NCBI GenBank assembly: GCA_963770835.1
Contig: CAVYRH010000019.1
Span: 1-64,000, forward strand
Origin: an uncultured Pseudomonadota bacterium
Lineage (GTDB): Bacteria > Oederibacteriota > Muellerivitia > Muellerivitales > Muellerivitaceae
Direction: 5' to 3'
Length of the DNA stretch: 64,000 nucleotides
Positions 50,376 to 60,764 of this stretch are shown here, one piece after another. The notes under the pieces are model-generated. The model saw only the letters and a program-made list of their open reading frames with translations, searched no databases and had not been told where the DNA came from. Within the stretch, counting starts at the first letter, position 1, and each line of letters begins with the position of its first letter. The translations under genes and the position numbers were made by a program.

Positions 50376-52565
50376 TCCCATGTCCTTTTCAATCCGAGTG
50401 CCACCCATAATCCCAGAACCAAGAGAGAAAAGAAAAGCCCCAACCGGAAAGTTACGGGCTCAAAAGAAAAGGACGCCCGGGTCTCTCCATCATTCAGGAT
50501 CACGCCCCGGAACGAATGGTTGATGGTTTCCACCCGCCTCACCTGCCCATTGATCCGCGCCGTCCATCCGGGAAAGGCGGTTTCCGAGGAAACGATCAGG
50601 GCCTTTCCAATCCCCTCCGCCTTGATTTCAACGTGGTCAGGTCCGCACGAGGCGTATTCCACGGCGCGAAGCTGATAGCGTCCCAGCTTGGAGCAATCGC
50701 TTATTTCGCATTGCTTTCGATAATCCATATTGGCTTCTTCGACCCTCAATGAATCGTCGTCAAAGTTGGCGCAATATTGGGCTTCGGCCACCGAATACCA
50801 TTTCGGCAAGGGCGTTGGATTCTCTGAAATTTCCACTAATCCGCCTGGGTTAATTTCTTTGAAATCCCTGAATCCATTCTTGCCGAAGACGTAACGGACC
50901 CCGAGGTAATCCAAAACTTTCCTCGAATGCCGGATGGAATATTGAAAGGCGTCAAAAGTCCACCGAAAGGAATTTTTAAGCTGAAGCGTGTTGTAAATAG
51001 GCGCTTCTTCCTTCCAGAATTCCAAAGGCCAATTAGGGTACATCTTTTCCTTAGCTCCCCCATAGGCCTGCTCCATGTTGTCGCCCTGAAGCACCATGGC
51101 TTCCTTGAGAAGGGGCGGGGTGAAGAAAAGCCGGCCGGGCTTTGTTAAAAGAGCCGAAGTCGAGGATGGCTTCTCGTAATAAGACCTATCCAAAAGAATG
51201 TTGACGCTATGGGCCGCCGACCCCAAGGAAATGGCGAGGGCCAAAACCAGGAAGCTCCAACGAAAATTTGGATTCCGGAAGAAGGTGGAAACCAGGGCCA
51301 GCCCAAAGGAAAATCCGAAAGCGATTTTTGAAAGGGGAGCCTGAAGGAAATAAGAAAGGAGGAGAGCCGCCAGGAAAACCCAAAAGACAATCCCCGCCCA
51401 TAAAAGTCTGTTTTCCAAGGAAAGGGCTTTCTTGGCGAAATCTTCCGCCGACTCCATCGCCAGCCACGCCGTCCAAAAGACCAGGAAGGCGAGCCAATAA
51501 CCGGAATGGATGACCAAGGAATATCCCGGGAAAAAGGCCCGTAGGAACCGGTCGAGTCCCAATACCCCCAGGCTCAAAACCAAAACGAGAAGGAAAATCC
51601 CCCAGGAGGTTCTTTTATAAGCCAAACGAATCGAGCCCCAAAGCAAGAGACACAAGGCCGGCAGGCCCACAAAATATGTTGAAACCCAGTAGTGGGGCCC
51701 ATGATAGCCGGGAAGAAGGGGATGCCCTTGGTCGAATGGGCTTATGAGCGTGCCGAAATCCAGCCATCCTAAATCTTGGAAGCGGCTGGCTCCGTTCTCA
51801 TAATTACTCAATTTGAAAAGCTCCATAAAAGGCAGGCCCCACACTAGGTTATAAGCCAGGGCTACCAAGCCCGCCGCCAAGAGAACCCCCGCCCTCCTCC
51901 CAAACCACTCCATGTGATCTTTCGGTTGTTTGGCTAATTTCCAAACGAACTCCAGGAATACCGCCAGGGTGGTCAGATAGGTCAAAACCGGATAACCCGC
52001 CGCAAACTGCATGGCCCAGGCAAAGGATAAGTAGAGGAACCCGTTCTTTTCCCCCCGAAATATCTTTTCAACCGCAAAAAAAATCCAGGGAATCCAACTG
52101 ATGGTCATCAAGGCCACCGGCGTCCAGGAAGAACAAACCACATGGAGGGAAAAACCGAAGACCAGGCTTCCTAAAAAAGACGCTTTACCCGAAAAGCCCT
52201 GGTGCCGGGCGAAAACCCAAAAACCCAATAAAGCCCAGAAATGGTGGAGGATCGTGAGGGCCGCGAAGGCGTTCAAGGGGGAAAGCATGGAATAAAGAAG
52301 GGGCACGGGCGGGTAGGCATAAGCCATCTGGGGGTCGGCCAGGAAAGGGAGTTCCGAACTGGGCGTCGGGATTCCAAAGGGGAATCCAGCCCTGTTTCAA
52401 AACGTCGCTCCCCCACTTCCAAAGGGGGTAAAAGAACCTGGAAGCATCCACGAAAACGAAAATGGAATGGCCAAACATCACCCTCCAATAAAAGAGGATG
52501 ATCAACAAGGCCAGGGCCAGTGGACCGAAAAGGTCCGAAAAGGGAAAGTTCCTTCTGCCCTTCAC
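50372..52565 (-). CDS. YfhO-like GT-C membrane glycosyltransferase (frameshift near 52330-52350)
   Basis: N-term DASRFFYP...PLWNPDAQFGTP in ORF 52185..52817; remainder in 50372..52327 ending ETAFPGWTARING...FEP. Confidence 0.78.
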
Positions 52566-55550
52566 ATAGCCGCCTCTTTTTCCAGGAAACGCCACCGTGG
52601 CCGGGGGCAGGCTCACCATTTCCCTTTCCAATTCGGAAATCCTTGGGGCGTCCTTCCATTGGTTGTAAACGCCCAAGGCGGTCTGGAATGCGGAATGGGC
52701 TTGGCTTTTATCCCCTTTCTCCTTTAACAACAGTCCCAGGTTTACCCAGGCGGCGGCGTAATTAGGCTCCAATTCCACCGCCTTTTGGAAATCCGAAGAG
52801 AGCGCCCTCCTTGTCATTCCGGTGAATAAGGAAAATTCCCTTCTTCATAGCGGATCAAGGCGTTGAAAGGGCATGGCTTCTTTGGCTTTGCCCCAGGCCT
52901 CCTGGGCCGCCTGGATGGCGGCCGGTGAGGAATCCATCGCCAGCCGCCCGGTGAGCCTGCGGGCGTCCTCGAACCTCCACTGCCCGTCGGCTTGTTCCAG
53001 GGTTAAAACTTTCGTGAAGGCCTCGTCGGATCTCCGGGCCCAATCCTGGTCTTTGGTGGAAAGGAATAATTTTTCCAAATAATCGGATTTGGCCGCCGCA
53101 TAACGGGCGTCCCAGGCGTTCTCTTGTTCGGCGGCTTCCAAGCCCCGCAAATCACCCCTCACGAACTGGTTCTGCGATAAATCGGCTTCGGCGCGGGCCC
53201 TCAGGACGCCCGAAAAACCCGGCGGGCCGAATAAACCCACACCCAGCCCCAAGGCCAGGAACCCTCCCACCAAGGACGATTCGACTTTCCGCCGATTCCC
53301 AACCGCTAGGATCCCCACCCCTTGCAAGGCCAGCAGGGGCGTGTGAAGGCAAAAGTCCACGAACGAAGCGGCGCCGAGGCCCACTAAAGCCGCCCGATGG
53401 TCCGGTTCCCGGACCCTTCGCCAAGCTTGGATGAAGAAAATCGCGCCGAAGGCCAAACCCACCAGCCCGAAAGCCGTGAGCAGTTCCAAATACTCGTTAT
53501 GAGCGTATTGGGCGTCCATCAAATAACGGTTCACTCCCGAAGTCCTGGGTGTTTTCACCTGGTGGTAAAGCCCGGCGAAGGCCCCAGGCCCAACGCCGAT
53601 CCAAGGGCTTTCCAGCCAAACCCGCCCACTATCTTTCCAGATATTGAGCCGGTCCTTGGAAGTGGAGCTGGAATCCTTGAACCGGTAGGCAAAAAGCGCG
53701 ACGCCTGCCACTAGTAAAAAGATCACCGCCCAAAGCCGGCTTTTAACCCAAATCCGGTAAAAGAATCCAGCGCCCAAACCCGCAAAGGAACTTGAAGCCC
53801 TCAACCGGGCCATGGTCAAAAGCCCCGCCGCCGCGGCGGAAACTTTGGAAAGGGCCCAGGGCCCCCGCCATAGCGCCAAAACTAAGGGGATCAGGAAGAT
53901 GCCAACTTGCTTGGGATTCGGAAAAACCACCCAATCCTTCACGTCCGAATATTGGAAGTGAATCCAGGAGTTGAATCCCGGCGCGGCGTAATGAAAGGAA
54001 GCCCACCAAACCTTAACCGCCCAGACCAGCCCCAGGCAAAAGAATATTTTGAGAAATCGTTCTGGTTTTTCGAAGCAAGGAAGCACCAAAGAAAACGCCA
54101 GGAGGACGCCGGCGATTTCAAGGAACCAGACCGCACCCAGGGCCGAAGGCGAAAAAAAAGCCCGGAGCCCCAGGAACAAAGCCCCTACCCCAACCCAAAG
54201 AGGAATCTTTTCGAACTTTTGTCCGAACAATGCCGCCAAGGACCATAACGAAACGGCCAAGAGCGCGAAATTCCAGGGTTCCAGGGGAGGCCAAAACCCC
54301 GAAACCGCCAGGACAACCAGAAGCCCGTATTCTTTAGTCTTCACCGACACCGCTGGAAACCGGAAGGGCTTTTCGGCGCGGCATTCGAGCCGGCCCAAAA
54401 GAAGCGCAAAGAGTCCTATCAGCTCCGGCATCTGGAAAGGCAGGTCCACGAGGGAAAAAAGGAGGAAAGCCAGCACGCCCGTCATGGCCCCCCACCCCTC
54501 CCACCGGGGAGGGATCTTAAACCGCCCGGCCAGGCTGAACAACGCCCAAAGGAATAATCCCGTTCCCACCAAACCCGTCTCCACCAAAAGCTGAAGAAGG
54601 ACGTTGTGGGCGAACTTGGAAGCCCCCGAATCCAGCGGAAAGCCAGCTTGCTGGTAAGCCTCGCCAAAGGTCCCCAAGCCGGAGCCGAAAAGAGGATGTT
54701 GCAGGAAAAGCTGGAAAGCATGGTTCCACAAACCAACCCTTCCGGAAAAAGACGAGATATTCCAATGATGAAGGCCCCGGAACCAAACCATTCCAACCAT
54801 AGCGGCCAAGCCTAGAGCTAAAACCCCGATAAGTCCTGCCTTAGACCGTCTTTTGGCGAGAACCGCGAAACCCGCTCCAGCCAAAGCCGCGAAGGCTCCA
54901 ACGCTTTGGGTGGCCAACAAGGCCAGGCCCATCAAGAGAGTCAAGGCGCCGTAGAACCACCGCTTGGACCCCCTCCCCACCGCCACCAGGGTAATCCCCA
55001 ATGGAATGAAAAGGATCATAAGCGCCGCCAAGGCCCCTGGGGTCACCAGGGGGCCGGAAGCCCGCCGATAATAGACCGCTTTCTCCACCACCTTGAATTC
55101 GGTCGGTGATACGTGCGGCAAAAGCGCCTGGGTTTCCTCAAACCCGAAAAGCCATTGGCGTAACGCCAGGCAGGCCGCCAATCCCGCCAAGAGGAGCCCC
55201 AATACCTCCATGCGGTTTTGGGTTGCCGGATCATTCGAATGGACCATCAGATATAGAAGGACTCCCAAAAAGACGAATCCCGCTGATTGGAGGGTAATAC
55301 CAGGCTGAAGGGACCATAGGGCGGAAAGAGGCAGGAACAGGAGAAATATCCACCAAGGCCGGCCCAATCCTTGGAATCCTTCGTTGGAAACCGTCCTAAA
55401 AAGAAGAAGAACTAGGCCTCCCCCTAGGGCCACAGCATAGGATTGGGGGTGGGCTAGGGGCGGGAAAAACAATAAGTAGGAAACTAGCACAAAATAAGAA
55501 AATTCCCAGGTTCGGTCGGAGGAAATCGGTAGTGCCCATAAGGATTTCAT
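52562..55550 (-). CDS. Tandem double O-antigen ligase (Wzy_C/WaaL/PglL-like) protein with C-terminal TPR (3' frameshifts)
   Basis: Two R..W...P..G.G.G.F...AHN..L modules (RVGLW...PLFGSGLGTF...AHNVLL; RLNIW...PWIGVGPGAF...AHNEYL); TPR KAVELEPNYAAAWVNLG in the next frame. Confidence 0.8.
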
Positions 55551-57823
55551 GCAGTTATTTTAGCAGGCCGTCTGCCTTCGTTTTTAAGTTCTTCCCAAAA
55601 CTTTTTACGCCAGGGTCCTGCAACAGCACCTGCCACTGATAAGAGCCAAAGGACCAATCCCCACAACAAAGGTTTCCACCAAACCGGTTGATAACGGAAC
55701 CATACCTCATGGGTGCCCGCGGGCACCCAAACCGCCCGGAAGTCGTGGTTGGCCGTATAAAGGGCCGAAGGGTTTCCATCCACCCAGGCTTTCCAACCGG
55801 GATACATCACCTCGGAAAAAACCACCCAGCCCGATCGATTGAGGCTGACTTTAAAACCCTGTTCATCCGGATCGTCCCGGACAAGCCCGTATTCCAGACC
55901 AGCTCCAATTCCGTTTTCTTTGGCGGAATCAGGGATGGTTTCGGAAAAATAAGCCTTTTCGTAAGGGTTGAACCCGGGTGCTCGCATCTCCGCTAGCCTC
56001 TTTTGATCGTCGGCAATGGTTTCCACGGAGGAAGGACAGTAGGCATATTGAATCTTATCTTGGTTTAAACCATAAAGAACGCCGTCTGATTCAATGGTTG
56101 AAAATCCGGTCAGCTTCCACCGGCTGTCCCCGGCCGCGAAAGCCTTCACGGCCATCAAACGGGCGTAAGTTTCCAGCCCAAGGGTATAAAGGTCGGAAGT
56201 CTTGTCCAAGGTCAGCGGATTGTATCCAATGGCGTCCCGAATCCCGGCGGCATAAACCGAATCCGGGGGAAGATCCGATAACACCCGGTGGCCCGCCGAT
56301 TCAATGGGATAAGGGATATGGTCCCCAAGGAGCACCCGGCCTAATCCTGCCTGTTGTTTGAGCTTAGGGAGGACTGGTGAGCGGTCCGAATAATTGAAGT
56401 TGGAAGGCGGGCCCCACCGTGAAGAACCGCAAAACCAAGCGGTCAGGAGGAAAGAAAAGGTGACGAACAAGAGGAGTATCTTGTGTCCCATTTCCCTTGA
56501 GGCATCCTTGCCCAGCATCAAATACAATCCGACCGGGGCGGCTAGAAAAGCGGGCAATTGAAGCCAGACATCCTTCCCTACCCAGAATCCGAGGGCAAGG
56601 AAAACTACTCCATAAAGCGCCGCGCCCAATAATGCTTTTTTTCGAAAACTTCCTTGCGCCTTATTCCTCCATTTTTTATTGAGAAATTCATGGCCAAACC
56701 CCGCCAAGAGGGCCCCGCTGACGGCATAAAGGAAAAGGTAACGGAAGGGCGCGCGCATCATCCCAAAACCCGGGGCCAAGAAACAAAGAAGGCGGTGCAA
56801 AGGAAAATATTTTCCGAAAGCTGTCAAAACCGCCGCCACCCCGGTTACGGCGAAAAGGCGGGTGATTCCCTTCTTTTGCCCCAACGCAATCGCGGAGAGA
56901 AAAAGCGCCCAGGGGCCGAGATAACCGGCATTGACAAGGTAATTCCCCACCGGCAAGGGTGTTGGGCCCTCAAAAGGCCGGACAGGGAAAAAGAAACCCA
57001 GCAGGTCGTGTGGATTCAACGATAGGTCCGCCTGGAAAGTTTCATAATCCGGGGCGATGTGAAAACGCTCGGACAAGTCAATAAATTCCCGGGCCGGTAT
57101 CCAAAGCAAGAGCAACGGCAAGGCGCCCCAAAGAAAAACGAGGGGCAACCCCAACAGTCGTATGTCCTTTTGGGGTTCCTTTCCCCAGTCCCTTTTTGTC
57201 CAGAGCCGGTAAGCCAGGTAAATGCCTCCCCCGTAAAGGGCCCCGAGGGTCATCTGAAAATTCCCGGCTAAAAAAAGAAGGGCGAAAACCAGCCCTGCGG
57301 CGAAAGCCCAGGCCGGTTCCAGTTTCCGCGAAAGCTTTTCCAGCGCCATTCCCCACCAAGGCATCCAGGCGAAGGCCGCCAGGAGAGGCGGATGGATGAT
57401 TTCCCACCAGAAAAAACCCGAAAAGGCGAATAACAAACCGGCGAATAACCCGGATTCCTTGGAAAGCCCCAGCGTCCTGGCCCAGAAATACATGCCGCAA
57501 GCCCCTAGAAGAAAGTGGAGGAGGTAAAAAAGGCTGAACCCATAGGGTACGGGGAGCGGGAGTAGGAGGTAGGTGAAAGGATAAGCCGACATCGTGTTGG
57601 GATCGGCGAAGAAGGGCTGTCCCCCCAAAAGGTAAGGACACCACAAGGGAAAATGCCCATGGGCCAGGCAGGACTTCAGGTAAAGCCGCATGGGAACGTA
57701 TTGAGTCAGGAGATCACTGTCGAAATAGGCGTTGCCCCCCAAAAGGCAGGGGGCAAAAACCGCCAAACCAGCTAAGGGATAGAACACCAGGGGATGGAAA
57801 AAGCTAAGTTTGGGATTTCTCAT
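55547..57823 (-). CDS. YfhO-like GT-C membrane glycosyltransferase
   Basis: DLLTQYVP, PLWCPYLLGGQPF, R.PFRY, EVMYPGWKAWVDG...FRYQP. Confidence 0.82.
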   Translation of the reverse strand: MRNPKLSFFHPLVFYPLAGLAVFAPCLLGGNAYFDSDLLTQYVPMRLYLKSCLAHGHFPLWCPYLLGGQPFFADPNTMSAYPFTYLLLPLPVPYGFSLFYLLHFLLGACGMYFWARTLGLSKESGLFAGLLFAFSGFFWWEIIHPPLLAAFAWMPWWGMALEKLSRKLEPAWAFAAGLVFALLFLAGNFQMTLGALYGGGIYLAYRLWTKRDWGKEPQKDIRLLGLPLVFLWGALPLLLLWIPAREFIDLSERFHIAPDYETFQADLSLNPHDLLGFFFPVRPFEGPTPLPVGNYLVNAGYLGPWALFLSAIALGQKKGITRLFAVTGVAAVLTAFGKYFPLHRLLCFLAPGFGMMRAPFRYLFLYAVSGALLAGFGHEFLNKKWRNKAQGSFRKKALLGAALYGVVFLALGFWVGKDVWLQLPAFLAAPVGLYLMLGKDASREMGHKILLLFVTFSFLLTAWFCGSSRWGPPSNFNYSDRSPVLPKLKQQAGLGRVLLGDHIPYPIESAGHRVLSDLPPDSVYAAGIRDAIGYNPLTLDKTSDLYTLGLETYARLMAVKAFAAGDSRWKLTGFSTIESDGVLYGLNQDKIQYAYCPSSVETIADDQKRLAEMRAPGFNPYEKAYFSETIPDSAKENGIGAGLEYGLVRDDPDEQGFKVSLNRSGWVVFSEVMYPGWKAWVDGNPSALYTANHDFRAVWVPAGTHEVWFRYQPVWWKPLLWGLVLWLLSVAGAVAGPWRKKFWEELKNEGRRPAKITA

Positions 57824-57866
57824 GCCGATGGCTTATCCGCTAACGCAAATAGCCCGTGCCCAAAGG

Positions 57867-58319
57867 TCATTTGCCCTTGTGGTCCTTCAAGGGAAGAAGG
57901 ACGGCTGCCCGCAGGGCTAGGAGATAGCTGTTCATGCCGAAACCGGAAATTTGCCCCACGGCCACGGGGGAAACATGGGAGGCCTGCCGGAAACCCTCCC
58001 GGGCGTAGATATTGGAAAGATGCACTTCGATGGTGGGGATCTGGACCGCCGAGATCGCGTCCCGGATGGCGACCGAGGTGTGGGTATAGGCCGCCGGGTT
58101 GATGATAATCACTTCGGCCCAATGCCGGGCGTTCTGGATCGTCTCCACGATCTCGCCCTCGTGATTGGACTGGGCGATACGAAGCTCCACGTCGTTTTGG
58201 GCGGCCAGGTCCTTGAGTTCATCATTAATCTCCTCCAGGGTCACCGAACCGTAGATGTTCGGCTCCCGTTCCCCCAGGAGGTTCAGGTTGGGGCCGTGAA
58301 TCACGAGCACTTTTCTCAT
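57867..58319 (-). CDS. aroQ: Type II 3-dehydroquinate dehydratase
   Basis: [38 protein letters not shown]. Confidence 0.97.
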   Translation of the reverse strand: MRKVLVIHGPNLNLLGEREPNIYGSVTLEEINDELKDLAAQNDVELRIAQSNHEGEIVETIQNARHWAEVIIINPAAYTHTSVAIRDAISAVQIPTIEVHLSNIYAREGFRQASHVSPVAVGQISGFGMNSYLLALRAAVLLPLKDHKGK

Positions 58320-58472
58320 GGATTTCCTTAAAGATTATAAAACGTGTCGAGCTAAATCATGTGGATTCATGCTAATCAGAAGCCCCCCGGGGGACAAGGG
58401 GAAAATCCTCTGTTGCGGCCGGGTTAAAACTTTGTTTTATTCGTGTCTTCGCGGCTTAAATGCGTTTTTTAA

Positions 58473-58610
58473 CAGGGTGTTGAAAAAGTATTTTTCAACA
58501 CCCTGTCGACAGCCATGGAATAGAACGAGCCACTAAAAATATGGTTTTTTCTTTCGTGGCTCGTTTGCAAAGGGGAAAAAGTCCGTTTTTCGGACTTTTT
58601 CAGCATCCTG
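58473..58610. mobile_element. MITE-like non-autonomous element with IS5/IS1182-style ends
   Basis: CAGGGTGTTGAAAAAGT ... ACTTTTTCAGCATCCTG imperfect inverted ends, TTAA on both sides, three internal hairpins, no transposase. Confidence 0.65.
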
Positions 58611-58626
58611 TTAAGATAAAATCGGG

Positions 58627-60744
58627 TTGGTGAAAGCCAACGATTCCCTCTCCTACTCAAAAAAAAAGGCCTGGCCTTGGGTCGCGGCGGCCTGCTTCCT
58701 TGGACTTCTTTTTTCCAATTGTGTTTTTTCATACTCCACACTTCCAGTCTTATGGAAGATGGAAATTGGTCTTTTCTTCTTTGCCGTGCCCTTCACGATC
58801 CTACTGTACTGGAACCTCCGCGCCCAACCCCTACCTGAAACTGATTTTGCCGTTCCACCTTGGCTTTGGGCCTGTTTAATCGCGGGAGCCCTCCTCCCCA
58901 GGCTCTGGCGCCTCGAGTCCCTCTCAGTTTGGCCCGTAGCCGACGAAGGTATGTACGGCTACTTCGCGACCCGGCTGGAGCAGGGCTGGAACTGGAAGCT
59001 GGTGAATTCACCCTTCAATATTGCCGTTCCCTATAGTTGGATCCTCTTCACCTCGTTTCGCCTGTTCCAGAATTCCTTGATGGCCCTTTGGCTGGCCCCG
59101 GCTTTGCTCGGCTGGGGTTGCCTGTGGTTCTTCCCTTTCCTCAATCGCAAAATCATCCCGGCCCCTACTGCCTTTTATGCCTTCTGTTGGATGGCCTTTG
59201 GTTTTTGGCCCCTTTACCTCGGCCGTTTTTCCCACCAGGCTGTTTTTTTCGTCTTCTGGGAATGCCTTTCGGCCTTTGTCCTTTTAAGGTGTCTTGATTC
59301 TTCCGCCGGCGATGCGGCTTTGGAAAGCCGTTGGAGGTGGCTGGCCTTCTTAACCGGGCTGGGCTTTTATACTTACCTTGCTTGGCCCATGGCGGCCTTC
59401 ATCATTTGCGCAGCCTGCCTTTCAAGGCCCCTTCAACCCTGGAGCAAGAGGCTGACGGCCTTTGTCCAATTTGGCTTATTGGCCCTCTTGCCGGCCATTC
59501 CCCTCTTTTTTTCCATGGGCCGGAACTACCATTTTTACCTGGAGCATCTCTGGTCCCTCGGAACTCCGGCCGGCTTATGGCAAAGACTCCAGCTCCCGGC
59601 GGCTTATTTCAAGAACATTTTTTGGGGGCCGGGGGTTCGGGACTTGTTCGGGTACGGGCCGTTTTGGGGTGGACTCCTGAACCCGGTTCAAACCTCCCTC
59701 TTTTTCCTGGGAGCGGCTGCCTTGTTGAAACCCCGGTTTCAAACAAAAAGGCTCTGGGTCGCCGCCATACTGGCGGTTCTTTCAACCCCTGCCTTCCTAA
59801 CGAACAATTTCGAAATGATGCGGCTGACAGGCCTTCTGCCACTCCTGGCCTATGTCATCGCCCTAGGCACCCGGGACCTTCTGGCTTCTTTTCCGCCTTT
59901 GAAAGCCGCCGTGGTTTTCTCCCTGGTTCTGACCGGCTCATTTCTTTTGGATTCCCATCACCTGTTCCAGGTTTACCCGGAAATCCCAAAGACTCATCCC
60001 AATTATTATGGCATGCACAAATCACCCGAATACGGGAAGGCATTCGCCATTTTGAAGCCGCTTTCCCAAAAGGAGGGACCCGGTCTCCTTCTCTTTAACG
60101 CCGTTCCCGACCCCTATGACCAAACCCTCTTCGTGGCGTCCTATTCCTTCAACGCGGCGGAAAACCCTCGATTGGATCCCAAAGCGGCTTCTTGGGCCGC
60201 TGTCCTGGCCAACATTCACGAGGAAATTTACCTTTCCAAGGTCTTTCCCGGGATGAAATGGGTGTGGCTTTCGGAGGGACTTCACCGGGAAGACGGCGGC
60301 TTGATGCTGGCAGTGGTTCCCATTGACACCGCCTCGCGGGAAAGGATTCAGCGATGGGCCCGGGCGGACCAGGCCCTCCAAAGATTAACCGATTCGGTGA
60401 TGGAATTTGGCGTAGATCCCGACCAAAGCCGGATGCTCGGGATTTTGGAGGCAGCCTACCCCCTTTTCCAAGGCGACCGGCTTTTGGAGTCCCGCTATTG
60501 GCGTCTCTGGGCGATCCACCAAGCGGCGGCGGGCCGGACGAACCAGGCGGTCCAAGAAGAGGAAAAAGCCATCCACCTCGGGTATCCCATGGGGCATCTT
60601 TACAACGAATTGGGTTGCCTGTTATTTAAGGAAAACCGGCTAAGTGAATCGAAGGAAGCTTTTGAGGAAGCCTTGCGTTTAAAACCTAACTGCACCAACG
60701 CCAAAGTTAATCTTCAAAACCTTTCCTTGCTTAAACCCCGCTAA
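58627..60744 (+). CDS. ArnT/PMT-like (GT39/GT83) GT-C glycosyltransferase with C-terminal TPR
   Basis: RLWRL...WPVADEG (DE motif after the N-terminal TMs), GLGFYTY, many TMs, TPR YNELGCLL...EEALRLKPN. Confidence 0.75.
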   Translation: MVKANDSLSYSKKKAWPWVAAACFLGLLFSNCVFSYSTLPVLWKMEIGLFFFAVPFTILLYWNLRAQPLPETDFAVPPWLWACLIAGALLPRLWRLESLSVWPVADEGMYGYFATRLEQGWNWKLVNSPFNIAVPYSWILFTSFRLFQNSLMALWLAPALLGWGCLWFFPFLNRKIIPAPTAFYAFCWMAFGFWPLYLGRFSHQAVFFVFWECLSAFVLLRCLDSSAGDAALESRWRWLAFLTGLGFYTYLAWPMAAFIICAACLSRPLQPWSKRLTAFVQFGLLALLPAIPLFFSMGRNYHFYLEHLWSLGTPAGLWQRLQLPAAYFKNIFWGPGVRDLFGYGPFWGGLLNPVQTSLFFLGAAALLKPRFQTKRLWVAAILAVLSTPAFLTNNFEMMRLTGLLPLLAYVIALGTRDLLASFPPLKAAVVFSLVLTGSFLLDSHHLFQVYPEIPKTHPNYYGMHKSPEYGKAFAILKPLSQKEGPGLLLFNAVPDPYDQTLFVASYSFNAAENPRLDPKAASWAAVLANIHEEIYLSKVFPGMKWVWLSEGLHREDGGLMLAVVPIDTASRERIQRWARADQALQRLTDSVMEFGVDPDQSRMLGILEAAYPLFQGDRLLESRYWRLWAIHQAAAGRTNQAVQEEEKAIHLGYPMGHLYNELGCLLFKENRLSESKEAFEEALRLKPNCTNAKVNLQNLSLLKPR

Positions 60745-60764
60745 GTTTTCGAAATCCCGAAGAA

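Noticed and set aside
48760..52870. Broken 3' end of the beta-propeller gene, split YfhO gene and apparent TPR-YfhO fusion ORF 52185..52817
   Set aside because: Single-base corrections, mostly in homopolymer runs, restore the expected termini and the stop/start overlap at 52562-52565. The fusion ORF is an artefact of these indels.
57867..58319. aroQ as a functional part of the glycosylation cluster
   Set aside because: Ordinary type II dehydroquinase; nothing beyond adjacency links it to the GT-C genes.
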